DNA from: Rickettsiales bacterium
GTDB taxonomy: Bacteria; Pseudomonadota; Alphaproteobacteria; Rickettsiales; UBA1997
Assembly: GCA_047627215.1 (NCBI GenBank)
Contig: JBLHTM010000004.1
Span: 1-40,970 of the forward strand
Length of the DNA: 40,970 bases
Direction of reading: 5' to 3'
The notes under the pieces are model-generated. The model was not told the DNA's origin. It worked only from the letters and a program-made list of their open reading frames with translations, and made no database searches. Made by a program: the position numbers and the translations under genes. Below, piece by piece: positions 9,283 through 18,774 of the stretch (positions are counted from its first letter, which is position 1; each line of letters begins with the position of its first letter).

Positions 9283-10467
9283 ATGCCTAAAAAATCCTTC
9301 ATTTTTTTCATCATTATTTTAGGCTCCATCGTCGCCATCGGTCCATTGGCGATTGACATGTATTTGCCGGCCTTTTCTGAGATGGCGAGCTTTTTTGCGG
9401 TTTCAAATGACAAAATTCAACTCACTCTTTCTTCATATTTTATTGGTATTGCGGTTGGTCAGATTTTTTATGGACCGGTTATTGATCGATTTGGCAAAAA
9501 ACCCCCTCTAATTTTTGGGCTGTTGCTTTTTGTTGTTACGTCATTTTTATGCGCTTTGACAGAAGAAATTGATCAAATGATTTGGTTGCGCTTTTTTCAG
9601 GCGGCGGGAGCCTGTTCTTGCTTTGTGGTTATGCGCGCCATTGTTAGAGATTTATTTTCCCCTCAAGAATCAGCTCGAGTTTTCTCCTATTTATTATTGG
9701 TTATGGGAATTGCGCCAATAGTTGCGCCACTTCTTGGTGGATATGTTTTAATTAATTTTGGTTGGCAGGCGATTTTTTGGTTTCTGGGATCTTTTGCCTT
9801 GTTGTTAATTTTGGTTTCAATTTTGTATTTACCAGAATCTCAAGCTGGTGATAAAAGCCAGAAAATTAGTGGGGCTTTTAGGAAGTATTATGGAATTGTG
9901 AAAGACAAAAATTTCTTGTTTTATTCTCTCTCAGGAGGATTTTCTGCTTGTGGAATGTTTATCTATATCGTCGGATCTCCTTTTGTGATTATTGAGATAT
10001 TTGGAATTAGTCCGGAGAATTATGGGTGGGTTTTTGGAATTAATGCCGTTGGATATGTTTTTGCGGCGCAAGTTAATGGTTATCTTTTAAAGTCTTTTGA
10101 GCTGAAAAGACTTTTGAATGTGGCTTTCAAAATTTCACTTTTTGCGGCAATTCTATTGATGATTTGCGGGGTTTATTTCCCAAATATTTGGGCGGTTTCA
10201 GCGGCATTTTTTCTTTATGTTTCTCTGATCGGAGTTATTACTCCCAATAGTTCAGCTTTGTCACTTGCTAATCAAAGAACTCACTCAGGATCTGCATCCG
10301 CTTTATTTGGAACTATTCAATTCACAATTTGCGCGGTTGCGGCATTCCTGATCAGTCATTTTCATAATGGAACAATCATGCCAATGATCATCGCGATTAG
10401 TTCATGCGGAATAATTGCCTTCTTCATTAATTATTATTGGCAAAAAAAATCCATTAGCGCAAAATAG
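9283..10467 (+). CDS. Bcr/CflA-family MFS drug efflux transporter
   Basis: AIDMYLPAF, GQIFYGPVIDRFGKKP, RAIVRDLF, APIVAPLLGG, LPES; about 12 hydrophobic segments. Confidence 0.9.
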   Translation: MPKKSFIFFIIILGSIVAIGPLAIDMYLPAFSEMASFFAVSNDKIQLTLSSYFIGIAVGQIFYGPVIDRFGKKPPLIFGLLLFVVTSFLCALTEEIDQMIWLRFFQAAGACSCFVVMRAIVRDLFSPQESARVFSYLLLVMGIAPIVAPLLGGYVLINFGWQAIFWFLGSFALLLILVSILYLPESQAGDKSQKISGAFRKYYGIVKDKNFLFYSLSGGFSACGMFIYIVGSPFVIIEIFGISPENYGWVFGINAVGYVFAAQVNGYLLKSFELKRLLNVAFKISLFAAILLMICGVYFPNIWAVSAAFFLYVSLIGVITPNSSALSLANQRTHSGSASALFGTIQFTICAVAAFLISHFHNGTIMPMIIAISSCGIIAFFINYYWQKKSISAK

Positions 10468-10495
10468 CACTCCTTTGAAATTGAATTATCTAAAA

Positions 10496-11545
10496 ATGAC
10501 TACACAAAAAATAAATATCGCCATTCTTGGCGCTTCTGGATATACCGGAGTTGAGACAATTCGCCTGATTTTGAGCCATTCAAAAGTTCAAATCAAAGCA
10601 TTGATTGCCGATTCCAACGCTGGAAAAGAAATTGCCGAAATATACCCACATCTTTTGCCGTTTGATTTGCCAATTTTGAAAAAAATTGATGAAGTTGATT
10701 TTGAAAAAATTGATTTGGCTTTTTGTTGTTTGCCACACACCACTTCGCAAAGCACAATAAAAGATTTATTGGGAAAATATTCTCATTTGAAAATCATCGA
10801 TCTATCTGCTGATTTTCGTCTGAAAAACCCAGATGATTACAAAAAATGGTATGACCATGGGCATGTTGCTGTCGATCTTCAAAAAGAAGCGGTTTATGGT
10901 TTGTCAGAAATTTGTCGCGACAAAATCAGAAAATCCAAATTGATCGCTAATCCTGGATGCTATCCAACTTCGGCTTTATTGCCGCTTTTGCCTTTGATAA
11001 AAAATGGTTTGATTGAAAGTGACGGGATCATTATTGATTCAAAATCTGCCGCTTCGGGAGCGGGGCGTTCTTTGAGATTGGGAAATTTGTTTTGTGAAAC
11101 CAATGAATCCATGAAGGTTTATGGAATTGCAACTCATCGACACACTGGTGAAATTGAGCAAGAAATTTCTAAAGTTGCAGGTACAGAATTGCAAGTGTGT
11201 TTCACGCCACATTTGGTACCCATGAATCGCGGAATCATTTCTACAATTTATGTGAATTTGAAAAATAATTTGACTGCAGATGATTTGTTCAATTGCCTTT
11301 CCACCAAATATCAAGATGAATATTTCGTCAATGTAAGTAAAACCCACCCTTCAACCAAAGATGTTGCGGGAAGTAATTTCTGCCATATTGGGGTTTTCGA
11401 ATCTCGCCTTCCAAATCAAGCGATCATTGTTTGTGTGATTGATAATTTGGTGAAAGGAGCCTCAGGGCAGGCAATTCAAAATATGAATATTATGTTTGGA
11501 TTTGATGAGAAAGAAGGATTGGGATTTTTGCCAATGGCGCTTTAA
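10496..11545 (+). CDS. argC: N-acetyl-gamma-glutamyl-phosphate reductase
   Basis: ILGASGYTG, IIDLSADFRL, IANPGCYPT, HRHTGEI, DNLVKGASGQAIQNMN. ATG at 10496 avoids overlap with the upstream gene. Confidence 0.95.
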   Translation: MTTQKINIAILGASGYTGVETIRLILSHSKVQIKALIADSNAGKEIAEIYPHLLPFDLPILKKIDEVDFEKIDLAFCCLPHTTSQSTIKDLLGKYSHLKIIDLSADFRLKNPDDYKKWYDHGHVAVDLQKEAVYGLSEICRDKIRKSKLIANPGCYPTSALLPLLPLIKNGLIESDGIIIDSKSAASGAGRSLRLGNLFCETNESMKVYGIATHRHTGEIEQEISKVAGTELQVCFTPHLVPMNRGIISTIYVNLKNNLTADDLFNCLSTKYQDEYFVNVSKTHPSTKDVAGSNFCHIGVFESRLPNQAIIVCVIDNLVKGASGQAIQNMNIMFGFDEKEGLGFLPMAL

Positions 11546-11572
11546 TTATTTCTTTTTGATATTTTGCATAAA

Positions 11573-11606
11573 AAAACCCAACATATGTTCTGATATGTTG
11601 GGTTTT
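11573..11606. terminator. Bidirectional intrinsic terminator between convergent argC and gatC
   Basis: AAAACCCAACATAT-gttctg-ATATGTTGGGTTTT perfect inverted repeat with A/T tails. Confidence 0.7.
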
Positions 11607-11646
11607 CTTAATATATTTCAGAAGAAATTATTCTGGCTAAGAAAGC

Positions 11647-11934
11647 CTATTCAATAACTTTTGGAACAGTAAAATAACCATATTTTGCGTCAGGAGCGTT
11701 TTTTAAAATTTCATCAGCGATTGCACCGTCACTAACAATATCTTTTGCCATTGGCATGGCGATTTGATGAACATTCAAAAGTGGTTCGACATTTTTTGTA
11801 TCAACTTCATTGAGGATTTCGACCCAATCTAGAATTTTGCTCAGCTTTTTGGCAATTTCAGGTTTATTTTCATCCAAAACTTCAATTTTAGAAAGGCGAG
11901 CGATTTTGGTTACTTCTTTTGGGGTAAGAGACAT
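11647..11934 (-). CDS. gatC: Asp/Glu-tRNA amidotransferase subunit C
   Basis: 95 aa; EVTKIARLSKI, LNEVDTKNVEPL, ILKNAP, YFTVPKVIE. Confidence 0.93.
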   Translation of the reverse strand: MSLTPKEVTKIARLSKIEVLDENKPEIAKKLSKILDWVEILNEVDTKNVEPLLNVHQIAMPMAKDIVSDGAIADEILKNAPDAKYGYFTVPKVIE

Positions 11935-11968
11935 TTTTAAACTACAAAAACATTAGAAATTAAAAGCG

Positions 11969-12439
11969 ATGATTTATACCGACTTAGAAAAATTAAAGCA
12001 AGATCTCCCACGAAAAGGTAGAATGATGGGCCTTGATTTGGGGACCAAAACCCTGGGCGTGGCAATTTGCGATGGTGATTGGTTGATTGCAAATCCAAAA
12101 TTGACCATTGCCAGAAAAGGCGGAAAAACTGATTTTATTGCTCTACAAAAGATTATTGAAGAAAACAAAATTGTTGCGATTGTTCTTGGCCTTCCCATAA
12201 ATATGGATGAATCTGAGAATCGCATGAGTGGACTTTCTAGGAGATTCGCCGAAAATCTGGATGCGTTTCTAGGTGGCGCCAAAATCACTCTTTTTGATGA
12301 AAGATTAACCTCTTTTGAGGCGGATGAAATTATGGTTGAGGCAAAAACTAAAGGTAGGCGACTGGCTTTTGTGGTTGATCAAATTGCTGCTAGTGTGATT
12401 TTACAAAACACAATTGACGTGATGAATGATCTGAATTAA
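11969..12439 (+). CDS. ruvX: YqgF/RuvX-family RNase H-fold nuclease
   Basis: GLDLGTKTLGVA, VLGLPINMD, DERLTS, VDQIAASVILQ. Confidence 0.93.
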   Translation: MIYTDLEKLKQDLPRKGRMMGLDLGTKTLGVAICDGDWLIANPKLTIARKGGKTDFIALQKIIEENKIVAIVLGLPINMDESENRMSGLSRRFAENLDAFLGGAKITLFDERLTSFEADEIMVEAKTKGRRLAFVVDQIAASVILQNTIDVMNDLN

Positions 12440-12472
12440 ATTTGAGGAACCTTCATAAAAATTAAATAATTG

Positions 12473-14011
12473 ATGAAATCAATAAAATTTCTTCTTGCTG
12501 ATCAGCTTAGTGAATCAATTTCTTCACTGCAAAATACCGATAAACAAAAAGACACAATTATGCTCTGCGAGGTTATGAGCGAGGCGACTTATGCTCCTCA
12601 TCACCCCAAAAAAATTGCATTTTTATTTTCGGCAATGCGCCATTTTGCAGCAAACTTGCAGCAGCAAGGATTTCGCGTTAGATATGTAAAATTAGACGAT
12701 CCTTGCAATAGTGGAAGTTTGGAGGGGGAAATAAGACGTGCAATTGATGAATTGAAGCCGGATCGAATTATTTTAACCCAAGCTGCAGAATGGAGGGTTT
12801 TACAGATGATGAATGACTTAAAATCAAATTTAAATATTCCGGTTGAAATTAGAATTGATGATCGTTTTTTATGTTCAATTGCAGAATTCAAAGAATGGTC
12901 TTTAGATAAAAAGACTCTGCGTATGGAGTTTTTTTATCGCCAGATGCGCGTAAAACATAATTTTCTGATGGATAATAATGGCAATCCAGTTGGTGGAAAG
13001 TGGAATTATGACAAGGAAAATAGAAAGCCGCCTGGGGCAGGAATGGTCTTTCCTAAAAGAATTAGCCACAAAAAATCACCAATAACCACAGAAGTTCTGA
13101 ATTTAGTAAAAGATAAATTCTCACATCATTTTGGAGATCTCGAGCCTTTTCATTTTGCCGTGACAAGGCAGCAAGCTTTGATGGAGCTTGACGATTTTAT
13201 TGAAAATTTGCTAATTAATTTTGGCGATCATCAAGATGCAATGGTTGCGGACGAACCCTATCTTTATCATTCTCTAATTTCGTCTTATTTGAATTGCGGA
13301 TTATTATTACCACTTGAAATCTGCCAAAAAGCGCAAAATGCATATCTAAAAGGCAAAGCTCCTCTCAACGCTGTGGAAGGTTTTATTCGCCAAATTCTTG
13401 GTTGGCGTGAATATGTGCGAGGAATTTATTGGAGCCAAATGCCTAAATATGGTGAGCTTAACTTTTTTGATACCAAGACTCCTCTTCCTAATTTTTATTG
13501 GGGTGCAAACACCAATATGTTTTGCGTTTCTCAGGCGGTGGATCACACCAAAAAGCACGCCTATTCACACCACATACAACGCCTAATGATTACCGGAAAT
13601 TTTGCATTGCTCGCAGGATTGGACGTTAAAGAAGTTCAAGAATGGTATCTATCGGTCTATTCCGACGCCTATGAATGGGTAGAAATGCCCAATACTTTAG
13701 GGATGGCGTTATTTGGCGATGGCGGAATAGTTGCTAGTAAGCCTTACGCCGCAAGCGGTAAGTACATTAATCGCATGAGTAATTATTGCAAAAAATGCCA
13801 CTACGATCCAAATGAAATGCTGGGTGAAAATGCTTGCCCATTTAATGCTATGTATTGGAATTTTCTGTCGAAAAATGACAGCAAACTTCGTGGCAATTAT
13901 CGAATTCCATATGTTTTTACGACTTGGGATAAATTTGGTAGCGAAAAACAACAAGCAATTCTTGCTCAAGCAGAATCGTCATTAAGAAAAATGAAGGAAG
14001 AAAATTTATGA
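12473..14011 (+). CDS. FeS-cluster bacterial cryptochrome/photolyase (FeS-BCP, (6-4) photolyase type)
   Basis: ADQL, HHPKKI, LRMEFFYR, GGKWNYD, EGFIRQILGWRE, HHIQRLM, DAYEWVEMPN, KPYAASG; four Cys in FCV, YCKKC, ACPFN. Confidence 0.92.
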   Translation: MKSIKFLLADQLSESISSLQNTDKQKDTIMLCEVMSEATYAPHHPKKIAFLFSAMRHFAANLQQQGFRVRYVKLDDPCNSGSLEGEIRRAIDELKPDRIILTQAAEWRVLQMMNDLKSNLNIPVEIRIDDRFLCSIAEFKEWSLDKKTLRMEFFYRQMRVKHNFLMDNNGNPVGGKWNYDKENRKPPGAGMVFPKRISHKKSPITTEVLNLVKDKFSHHFGDLEPFHFAVTRQQALMELDDFIENLLINFGDHQDAMVADEPYLYHSLISSYLNCGLLLPLEICQKAQNAYLKGKAPLNAVEGFIRQILGWREYVRGIYWSQMPKYGELNFFDTKTPLPNFYWGANTNMFCVSQAVDHTKKHAYSHHIQRLMITGNFALLAGLDVKEVQEWYLSVYSDAYEWVEMPNTLGMALFGDGGIVASKPYAASGKYINRMSNYCKKCHYDPNEMLGENACPFNAMYWNFLSKNDSKLRGNYRIPYVFTTWDKFGSEKQQAILAQAESSLRKMKEENL

Positions 14012-14071
14012 GAAAGGTTTTTTATGATGGAAAAAGGTTAACACATCAAAATTCGGTTTTTAATTAATAAA

Positions 14072-14869
14072 ATGACAACAAAAATTCTACCCAATAAATT
14101 TGAAAATCGCTATGATCTGATCAATCATGTTCAAAATATTGCGCCATGGGCAAAAGGTAGTGAATCTAAAATATTAGGAGGAAGAAATGCTGCAGAAGAA
14201 AAATTGCAAGCCATCAACCCTGTTTTATATGGAAAAACACGCAATTTTGTAGATGGTCATATCACTAAACTTTCACCCTACATTCGCCACGGAATTCTTA
14301 GTCTAAACGAAGTTAGAAACCACGCCCTTAGATCTTGTGAGGATATTTCGAAAATTACAAAATTTATTCAAGAGCTTGCTTGGCGAGATTTCTGGCAACG
14401 AATCTATGCCAAACATCCAGATTGGATGGAAAGCGACATTGAACCGCACAAAACTGGCTTTGTTTCTGAGGATTATTCGCACAATCTTCCCGATGACATC
14501 ATACAAGGAAAAACTGGCATTTCTTGTATTGATAGTTTTATTGATGAGCTAACCAGAACTGGATACATCCACAATCACGCGCGAATGTATTTGGCTTCCT
14601 ATATTGTTCATTTTCGTCGCGTCAAATGGCAGGTGGGAGCAAGTTGGTTTTTGATGCATTTACTCGATGGAGATCCTGCAAGCAACAATCTTTCATGGCA
14701 ATGGGTTGCTAGTACTTTTAGTAGCAAGCCCTACATTTTTAATCTTGAAAATGTTGATAAATATTTTGGCCGGAAAGTCGACACTAATCCGGTAAATAAT
14801 CAGCTTTTGCACGCAACATATGAGGAATTGAATATTCGTCTTTTTCCTAAAATGAATCTTCCAATATGA
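14072..14869 (+). CDS. Stand-alone FAD-binding (catalytic) domain of DNA photolyase
   Basis: TKLSPYIRHG, FIQELAWRDFW, GYIHNHARMYLAS, LLDGDPASNNLSWQW; only 265 aa, with no N-terminal antenna domain. Confidence 0.85.
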   Translation: MTTKILPNKFENRYDLINHVQNIAPWAKGSESKILGGRNAAEEKLQAINPVLYGKTRNFVDGHITKLSPYIRHGILSLNEVRNHALRSCEDISKITKFIQELAWRDFWQRIYAKHPDWMESDIEPHKTGFVSEDYSHNLPDDIIQGKTGISCIDSFIDELTRTGYIHNHARMYLASYIVHFRRVKWQVGASWFLMHLLDGDPASNNLSWQWVASTFSSKPYIFNLENVDKYFGRKVDTNPVNNQLLHATYEELNIRLFPKMNLPI

Positions 14870-15303
14870 AAAACAATCTTATTTGGCTCCATGAAGATTC
14901 TTTGCGCCTTTCTCATCCAATATTTAAAGTTGCACCTTCGAATTGTGAGGCAATTTTTATTTGGGATGATGAATATTTGCAGCAGAAAAATTACAGCTTA
15001 AAGCGCCTAGTTTTTTTGTATGAAACTTTGTGTGAACTTGGGATAAATATTTTCCATGGCAATACCTTTCAAATTCTTGAATCTCAAAATGCGAAGATAA
15101 TTTACGTCCCTTCAAGTCCCAATCCTTGGATTAAGTCAATTTGCGAAAAATTAAGCGTAAATAAAAATATGATATTTGTTGATGATGAGCCATTTGTTTG
15201 TGAAAATTCAGATAGGGATTTCAAGCGCTTTTTCCCATATTGGAAAAAAATAGAGAAATCCGCATTCATGGTTAACGGAGGTATTAACCTTGAAGATAAT
15301 TAA
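14866..15303 (+). CDS. Stand-alone photolyase N-terminal (antenna-like alpha/beta) domain protein
   Basis: LIWLHEDSLR, AIFIWD, KRLVFLYETLCEL and FKRFFPYWK resemble the photolyase N-domain and linker. ATGA overlap with the preceding gene. Confidence 0.7.
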   Translation: MKNNLIWLHEDSLRLSHPIFKVAPSNCEAIFIWDDEYLQQKNYSLKRLVFLYETLCELGINIFHGNTFQILESQNAKIIYVPSSPNPWIKSICEKLSVNKNMIFVDDEPFVCENSDRDFKRFFPYWKKIEKSAFMVNGGINLEDN

Positions 15304-15424
15304 AAAGTCTGACTTACCCACTAAAAAATGTCTGCGTTGCGAAAGGCCTTTTATTTGGAGAAAAAAATGGAAAAAAGTTTGGGATCAGGTTAAATATTGT
15401 TCTGAAAAATGTAGGAAAAAATGA
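15290..15424 (+). CDS. Small DUF2256-like Cys4 protein (44 aa), absent from ORF track
   Basis: TTG start 7 nt after GGAGGT; translates MKIIKKSDLPTKKCLRCERPFIWRKKWKKVWDQVKYCSEKCRKK. Confidence 0.85.
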   Translation: MKIIKKSDLPTKKCLRCERPFIWRKKWKKVWDQVKYCSEKCRKK

Positions 15425-15496
15425 TTCATCGCAACTTGAATTTTTTACTAATCTAAGAAAAACATCTTTATTGCCGCATCAATTATTTTGATCAAA

Positions 15497-16366
15497 TCAA
15501 TTTAATTTAAGATCTTTTGATATTGCCCCCAACCCCTCTTTGTATGAGGGAAAAATAAATTCGTAGTTCAATAATTTTTTAAGTTTTTCGTTGCAGACAA
15601 TTTTATTGTCGATGGAAAGTGAAGAATTGTTGAATTCTTCGACATCGCTTTGGATGGGCAATTTGTGGATTTTTAAGAGCTCTGTGCAAATGTAATCATT
15701 TACTTCGGCCGTTGGGCAAGGGTGGTTGTCGGTGACATTGAGAATCTGATTATTAATTTTGTTTGACAAAATTACTGCTCTAATAATTGCCGAGATATCC
15801 GAAACATGGGTTCTTGATATTGTTCTGTTGGAAGGTTTGTTGTGGGTTATTTTGCCATCACGAATTGATAATATGGTGTTTCTTTGTTCTCCATAAATTG
15901 CCGCGAGCCTGAGGATGATGATATTTGCTGATTGATTTTTTTGTAACTTTTGGTAATGATCTTCACATTCAATTCTTGCTAGCCCACCACTGAATGTCGA
16001 TTTTAGATTTGAGTTTTCTTGAACTTTTGCGCCATCGTGATTTCCATAAACTGAGGTCGCTGATAGGTAAATTAGTTTGTAAGGAGTTTTGCGGTTTGAA
16101 AAATAATCATGAAATTTGTCGATTATCGCATCTGTTTTTTGTTGATTTGGAGGTATGGAAATGACGAAATTGTCGTAATTATTCAAAAACAAAGCATCAA
16201 TTTCTGGAAAATAAATAGTCTTGACGGAGCTTGGGGTTTTGAAATATTTATCTTTTGAAATGTTTATTGAGGCGCCCAAATTCAAAGATTCGTCCAAATG
16301 ATAGGATTGGCAGAAATATTGAGATACGTATCCGTGACCAAAAAATAGGGTGTTTTGTTTTTCCAT
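15497..16366 (-). CDS. NAD-dependent epimerase/dehydratase-like SDR (YeeZ-like)
   Basis: FGHGYV, VISIPP, YLSATSVYGNHDG, LRLAAIYG, SRTHVSDI, FIFPSYKEGL. Confidence 0.8.
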   Translation of the reverse strand: MEKQNTLFFGHGYVSQYFCQSYHLDESLNLGASINISKDKYFKTPSSVKTIYFPEIDALFLNNYDNFVISIPPNQQKTDAIIDKFHDYFSNRKTPYKLIYLSATSVYGNHDGAKVQENSNLKSTFSGGLARIECEDHYQKLQKNQSANIIILRLAAIYGEQRNTILSIRDGKITHNKPSNRTISRTHVSDISAIIRAVILSNKINNQILNVTDNHPCPTAEVNDYICTELLKIHKLPIQSDVEEFNNSSLSIDNKIVCNEKLKKLLNYEFIFPSYKEGLGAISKDLKLN

Positions 16367-16371
16367 GTTTC

Positions 16372-17100
16372 TTAAAATTCTATTTTAACGCCATTAAAAT
16401 CAATGATTTTACCAGAGTCTTTTGGGGATGAATTTTCAATCACTTCTAATAGTTTTTCCACCGAATATTCTGGTGTGAATAATTTCTCTTGGCTCACAGC
16501 TCCTTGAAAAGGTTTTGACAATTTGCTGTCTACCGTTCCTGGGTGCAGGCCAATTATTACGGCATTTTTATTGGATCTACCGATTTCTATTGATGCGTTT
16601 TTTAGGACCATATTCAAAGCTGATTTTGAGGCGCGGTAGGAATACCAGCCCCCTAAATGATTGTCGGAAATACTGCCAACCCTGGCGCTTATGGCCGCGA
16701 AAACGGATTTTCTTTCTCTATTTAGTTTAGGTAAAAAATGTTTAGCGATTATTGCTGGCGCGATGGTATTGACGTTGAATAATTTTTGGAATTTTTCTTT
16801 CGATAGGTCTCGAAGCGACTTTTCGGGACCGAAATCTTGGTTGTGAAGCATACCGGTGGCAACAATTACCATGTCTAGTTTTGCATTTTCACTGGCAATA
16901 TCGACGGCTGATTTGATGGATTCTTCATCCTCAATGTCGATAAAATGGGATGTTGTTTTTTCATTATCAAAATCAGTTTTTGATCTGCTAAATGCAAATA
17001 TTGATTTTGTTTGTGGGTTTTGTGCCAATTGTTTGACAAACATTTCACCCAAAGATCCACTGGCGCCGATGATGGCGATGTTTAAATTTTCTTTTTGCAT
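16372..17100 (-). CDS. Short-chain dehydrogenase, CsgA/C-factor-like
   Basis: IIGASGSLG, GPEKSL, SARVGSISDNHLGGWYSYRASKSALN, LHPGTVDSKLSKPF. Confidence 0.88.
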   Translation of the reverse strand: MQKENLNIAIIGASGSLGEMFVKQLAQNPQTKSIFAFSRSKTDFDNEKTTSHFIDIEDEESIKSAVDIASENAKLDMVIVATGMLHNQDFGPEKSLRDLSKEKFQKLFNVNTIAPAIIAKHFLPKLNRERKSVFAAISARVGSISDNHLGGWYSYRASKSALNMVLKNASIEIGRSNKNAVIIGLHPGTVDSKLSKPFQGAVSQEKLFTPEYSVEKLLEVIENSSPKDSGKIIDFNGVKIEF

Positions 17101-17197
17101 TTCATAAACTGATTTAATTTTGTAAATTACTTTTTATTCAATTCTTATTTCTTTGGAATATCAAGAGTTAATTCCATTTACATAATCTCCATACTTA

Positions 17198-17445
17198 TGA
17201 GTCATGATCGAGGATTTTTTAAAAGAATAGATTGGTCAAGAATTATAGGCGGATATTTTTCCTCATGAGGTACCGGATCAAGAGTTTCTAAGGCGGCAAA
17301 GCTACCTAAGAAACTCTATGTACGGCATGACGAGAACTAGTTATAGTGGGTCATGATGGTGGTGAACCATGGTGGTTATTTCTTTACAATTTATTCTTGG
17401 TGCCAAATTGGTAATGAATTTACTTACTCATTTTGAAAAAGAGTC
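17198..17445 (-). mobile_element. Repeat family A, copy 2 (inverted, one TIR, truncated)
   Basis: Reverse complement of the core (TTTTCCTCATGAGGTACCGGATCAAGAGTTTCTAAGG...GGCATGACG); TIR AATTTACTTACTCATTTTGAAAAAGAGTC at 17417-17445. Confidence 0.85.
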
Positions 17446-17548
17446 AATAATTGGTGGAATTTTTTTGTCAAAATTTCAATATCAATTTCCCAAATTTATT
17501 ATTATATTGCTTTTGCAGCTCTTCACATCAATCTTAAATTAATAAATC

Positions 17549-18550
17549 ATGATCAAAGCATACGCCGCCTACAATCAAGGCGAAGAATTGAAGCCTTTCG
17601 AATATGATCCAGGGGAATTGTCTGCAAACCAAGTTGAAATCGACGTTCATTATTGCGGAATTTGTCATAGCGACATTAGCATGATCGACAATGATTGGGG
17701 ATTGACCCAATATCCAATTGTTGCTGGACATGAAGTTTCGGGAAAAATTTCTGCCATTGGCAAAGATGTGAAATCTTTCAAAATTGGCGACAATGTTGGG
17801 CTGGGATGGCATAAAGAATATTGCGGAAATTGCCCAAGCTGCGATTCTGGCGACAATAATTTATGTGGAAGTGCACAAGGGACAATTATTGCAAATCATG
17901 GTGGATTTGCTGATAAAGTTCGAGCTCATGCCAAAAGCGTGGTCAAAATTCCAGATGGTGTTGATTTGGATTCTGTTGGTCCATTATTTTGTGGCGGAGT
18001 GACGGTTTTCAATCCATTAGTTCAATTCGATATCAAGCCTTACCACAAAGTTGCAGTTATTGGAATTGGTGGACTTGGGCATATGGCTTTGAAGTTTTTG
18101 AATGCTTGGGGGTGTGAAGTGACAGCATTTACTTCTTCTGAAAACAAAAAAACAGAAGCTTTGGAACTTGGTGCTCATCGCACTGTAGATTCTAAAAATG
18201 TGCAAGAAATTGAGAAAAATGCTGGCAAATTTGACATGATAATATCGACAGTAAATGTTAAGCTTGATTGGAATTTGTATCTTTCAACTTTGAAAGCAAA
18301 AGGTAGATTGCACTTTGTTGGTGCCAGCCTAGAGCCTTTGGATATTGGAGTTTTTAACCTCATTTCCGCCCAAAGGTCGATCTCAGGATCTCCAGTTGGC
18401 AGTCCTGAAACAATCGCCAAAATGTTGGATTTTGCTAAATTGCACAAAATCAAGCCAAAAATTGAAGTTTTCAAAATGAGTGAAATCAATCAGGCGATTG
18501 ATAAATTGAGAAATAACGATGTTCATTATCGTGCTGTTTTGAAGAAATAG
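17549..18550 (+). CDS. ahr: Zn-dependent NADPH aldehyde reductase (Ahr/YjgB-like)
   Basis: CGICHSD, GHE, CGNCPSC...C structural Zn site, GPLFCGGVT, GIGGLGH, SISGSPVGSP. Confidence 0.85.
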   Translation: MIKAYAAYNQGEELKPFEYDPGELSANQVEIDVHYCGICHSDISMIDNDWGLTQYPIVAGHEVSGKISAIGKDVKSFKIGDNVGLGWHKEYCGNCPSCDSGDNNLCGSAQGTIIANHGGFADKVRAHAKSVVKIPDGVDLDSVGPLFCGGVTVFNPLVQFDIKPYHKVAVIGIGGLGHMALKFLNAWGCEVTAFTSSENKKTEALELGAHRTVDSKNVQEIEKNAGKFDMIISTVNVKLDWNLYLSTLKAKGRLHFVGASLEPLDIGVFNLISAQRSISGSPVGSPETIAKMLDFAKLHKIKPKIEVFKMSEINQAIDKLRNNDVHYRAVLKK

Positions 18551-18551
18551 G

Positions 18552-18774
18552 GGTTTTTTTTCAAAATGAGTGGGTAAATTAATTACAACTTTAGTGCCAA
18601 ACATAAATTGTAAAAAATTTACCACCATGAGTCACCATCACAATTTACTACGTTTGAGTTACCGACATGCCGGACATAGAGTTTTTTAGGTAGCTTCGCT
18701 GCCTTAGAAAATATTGATCCGGCACCTCATGAGGAAAAATATCCGTCCACAATTCTTGATCCGATCTATTCTTT
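18552..18774 (+). mobile_element. Repeat family A, copy 3 (left TIR, truncated)
   Basis: Starts GGTTTTTTTTCAAAATGAGTGGGTAAATT just after the ahr stop; the core follows; similarity ends inside the last codons of tilS. Confidence 0.85.

Noticed and set aside
14072-15303. Frameshifted photolyase pseudogene
   Set aside because: Domain order is reversed relative to a single-chain photolyase, and both ORFs are clean and translationally coupled.
17198-18774. Composite transposon carrying ahr
   Set aside because: The surviving TIRs are on the inner sides facing ahr; the outer ends needed for joint transposition are missing and no shared TSD is visible.
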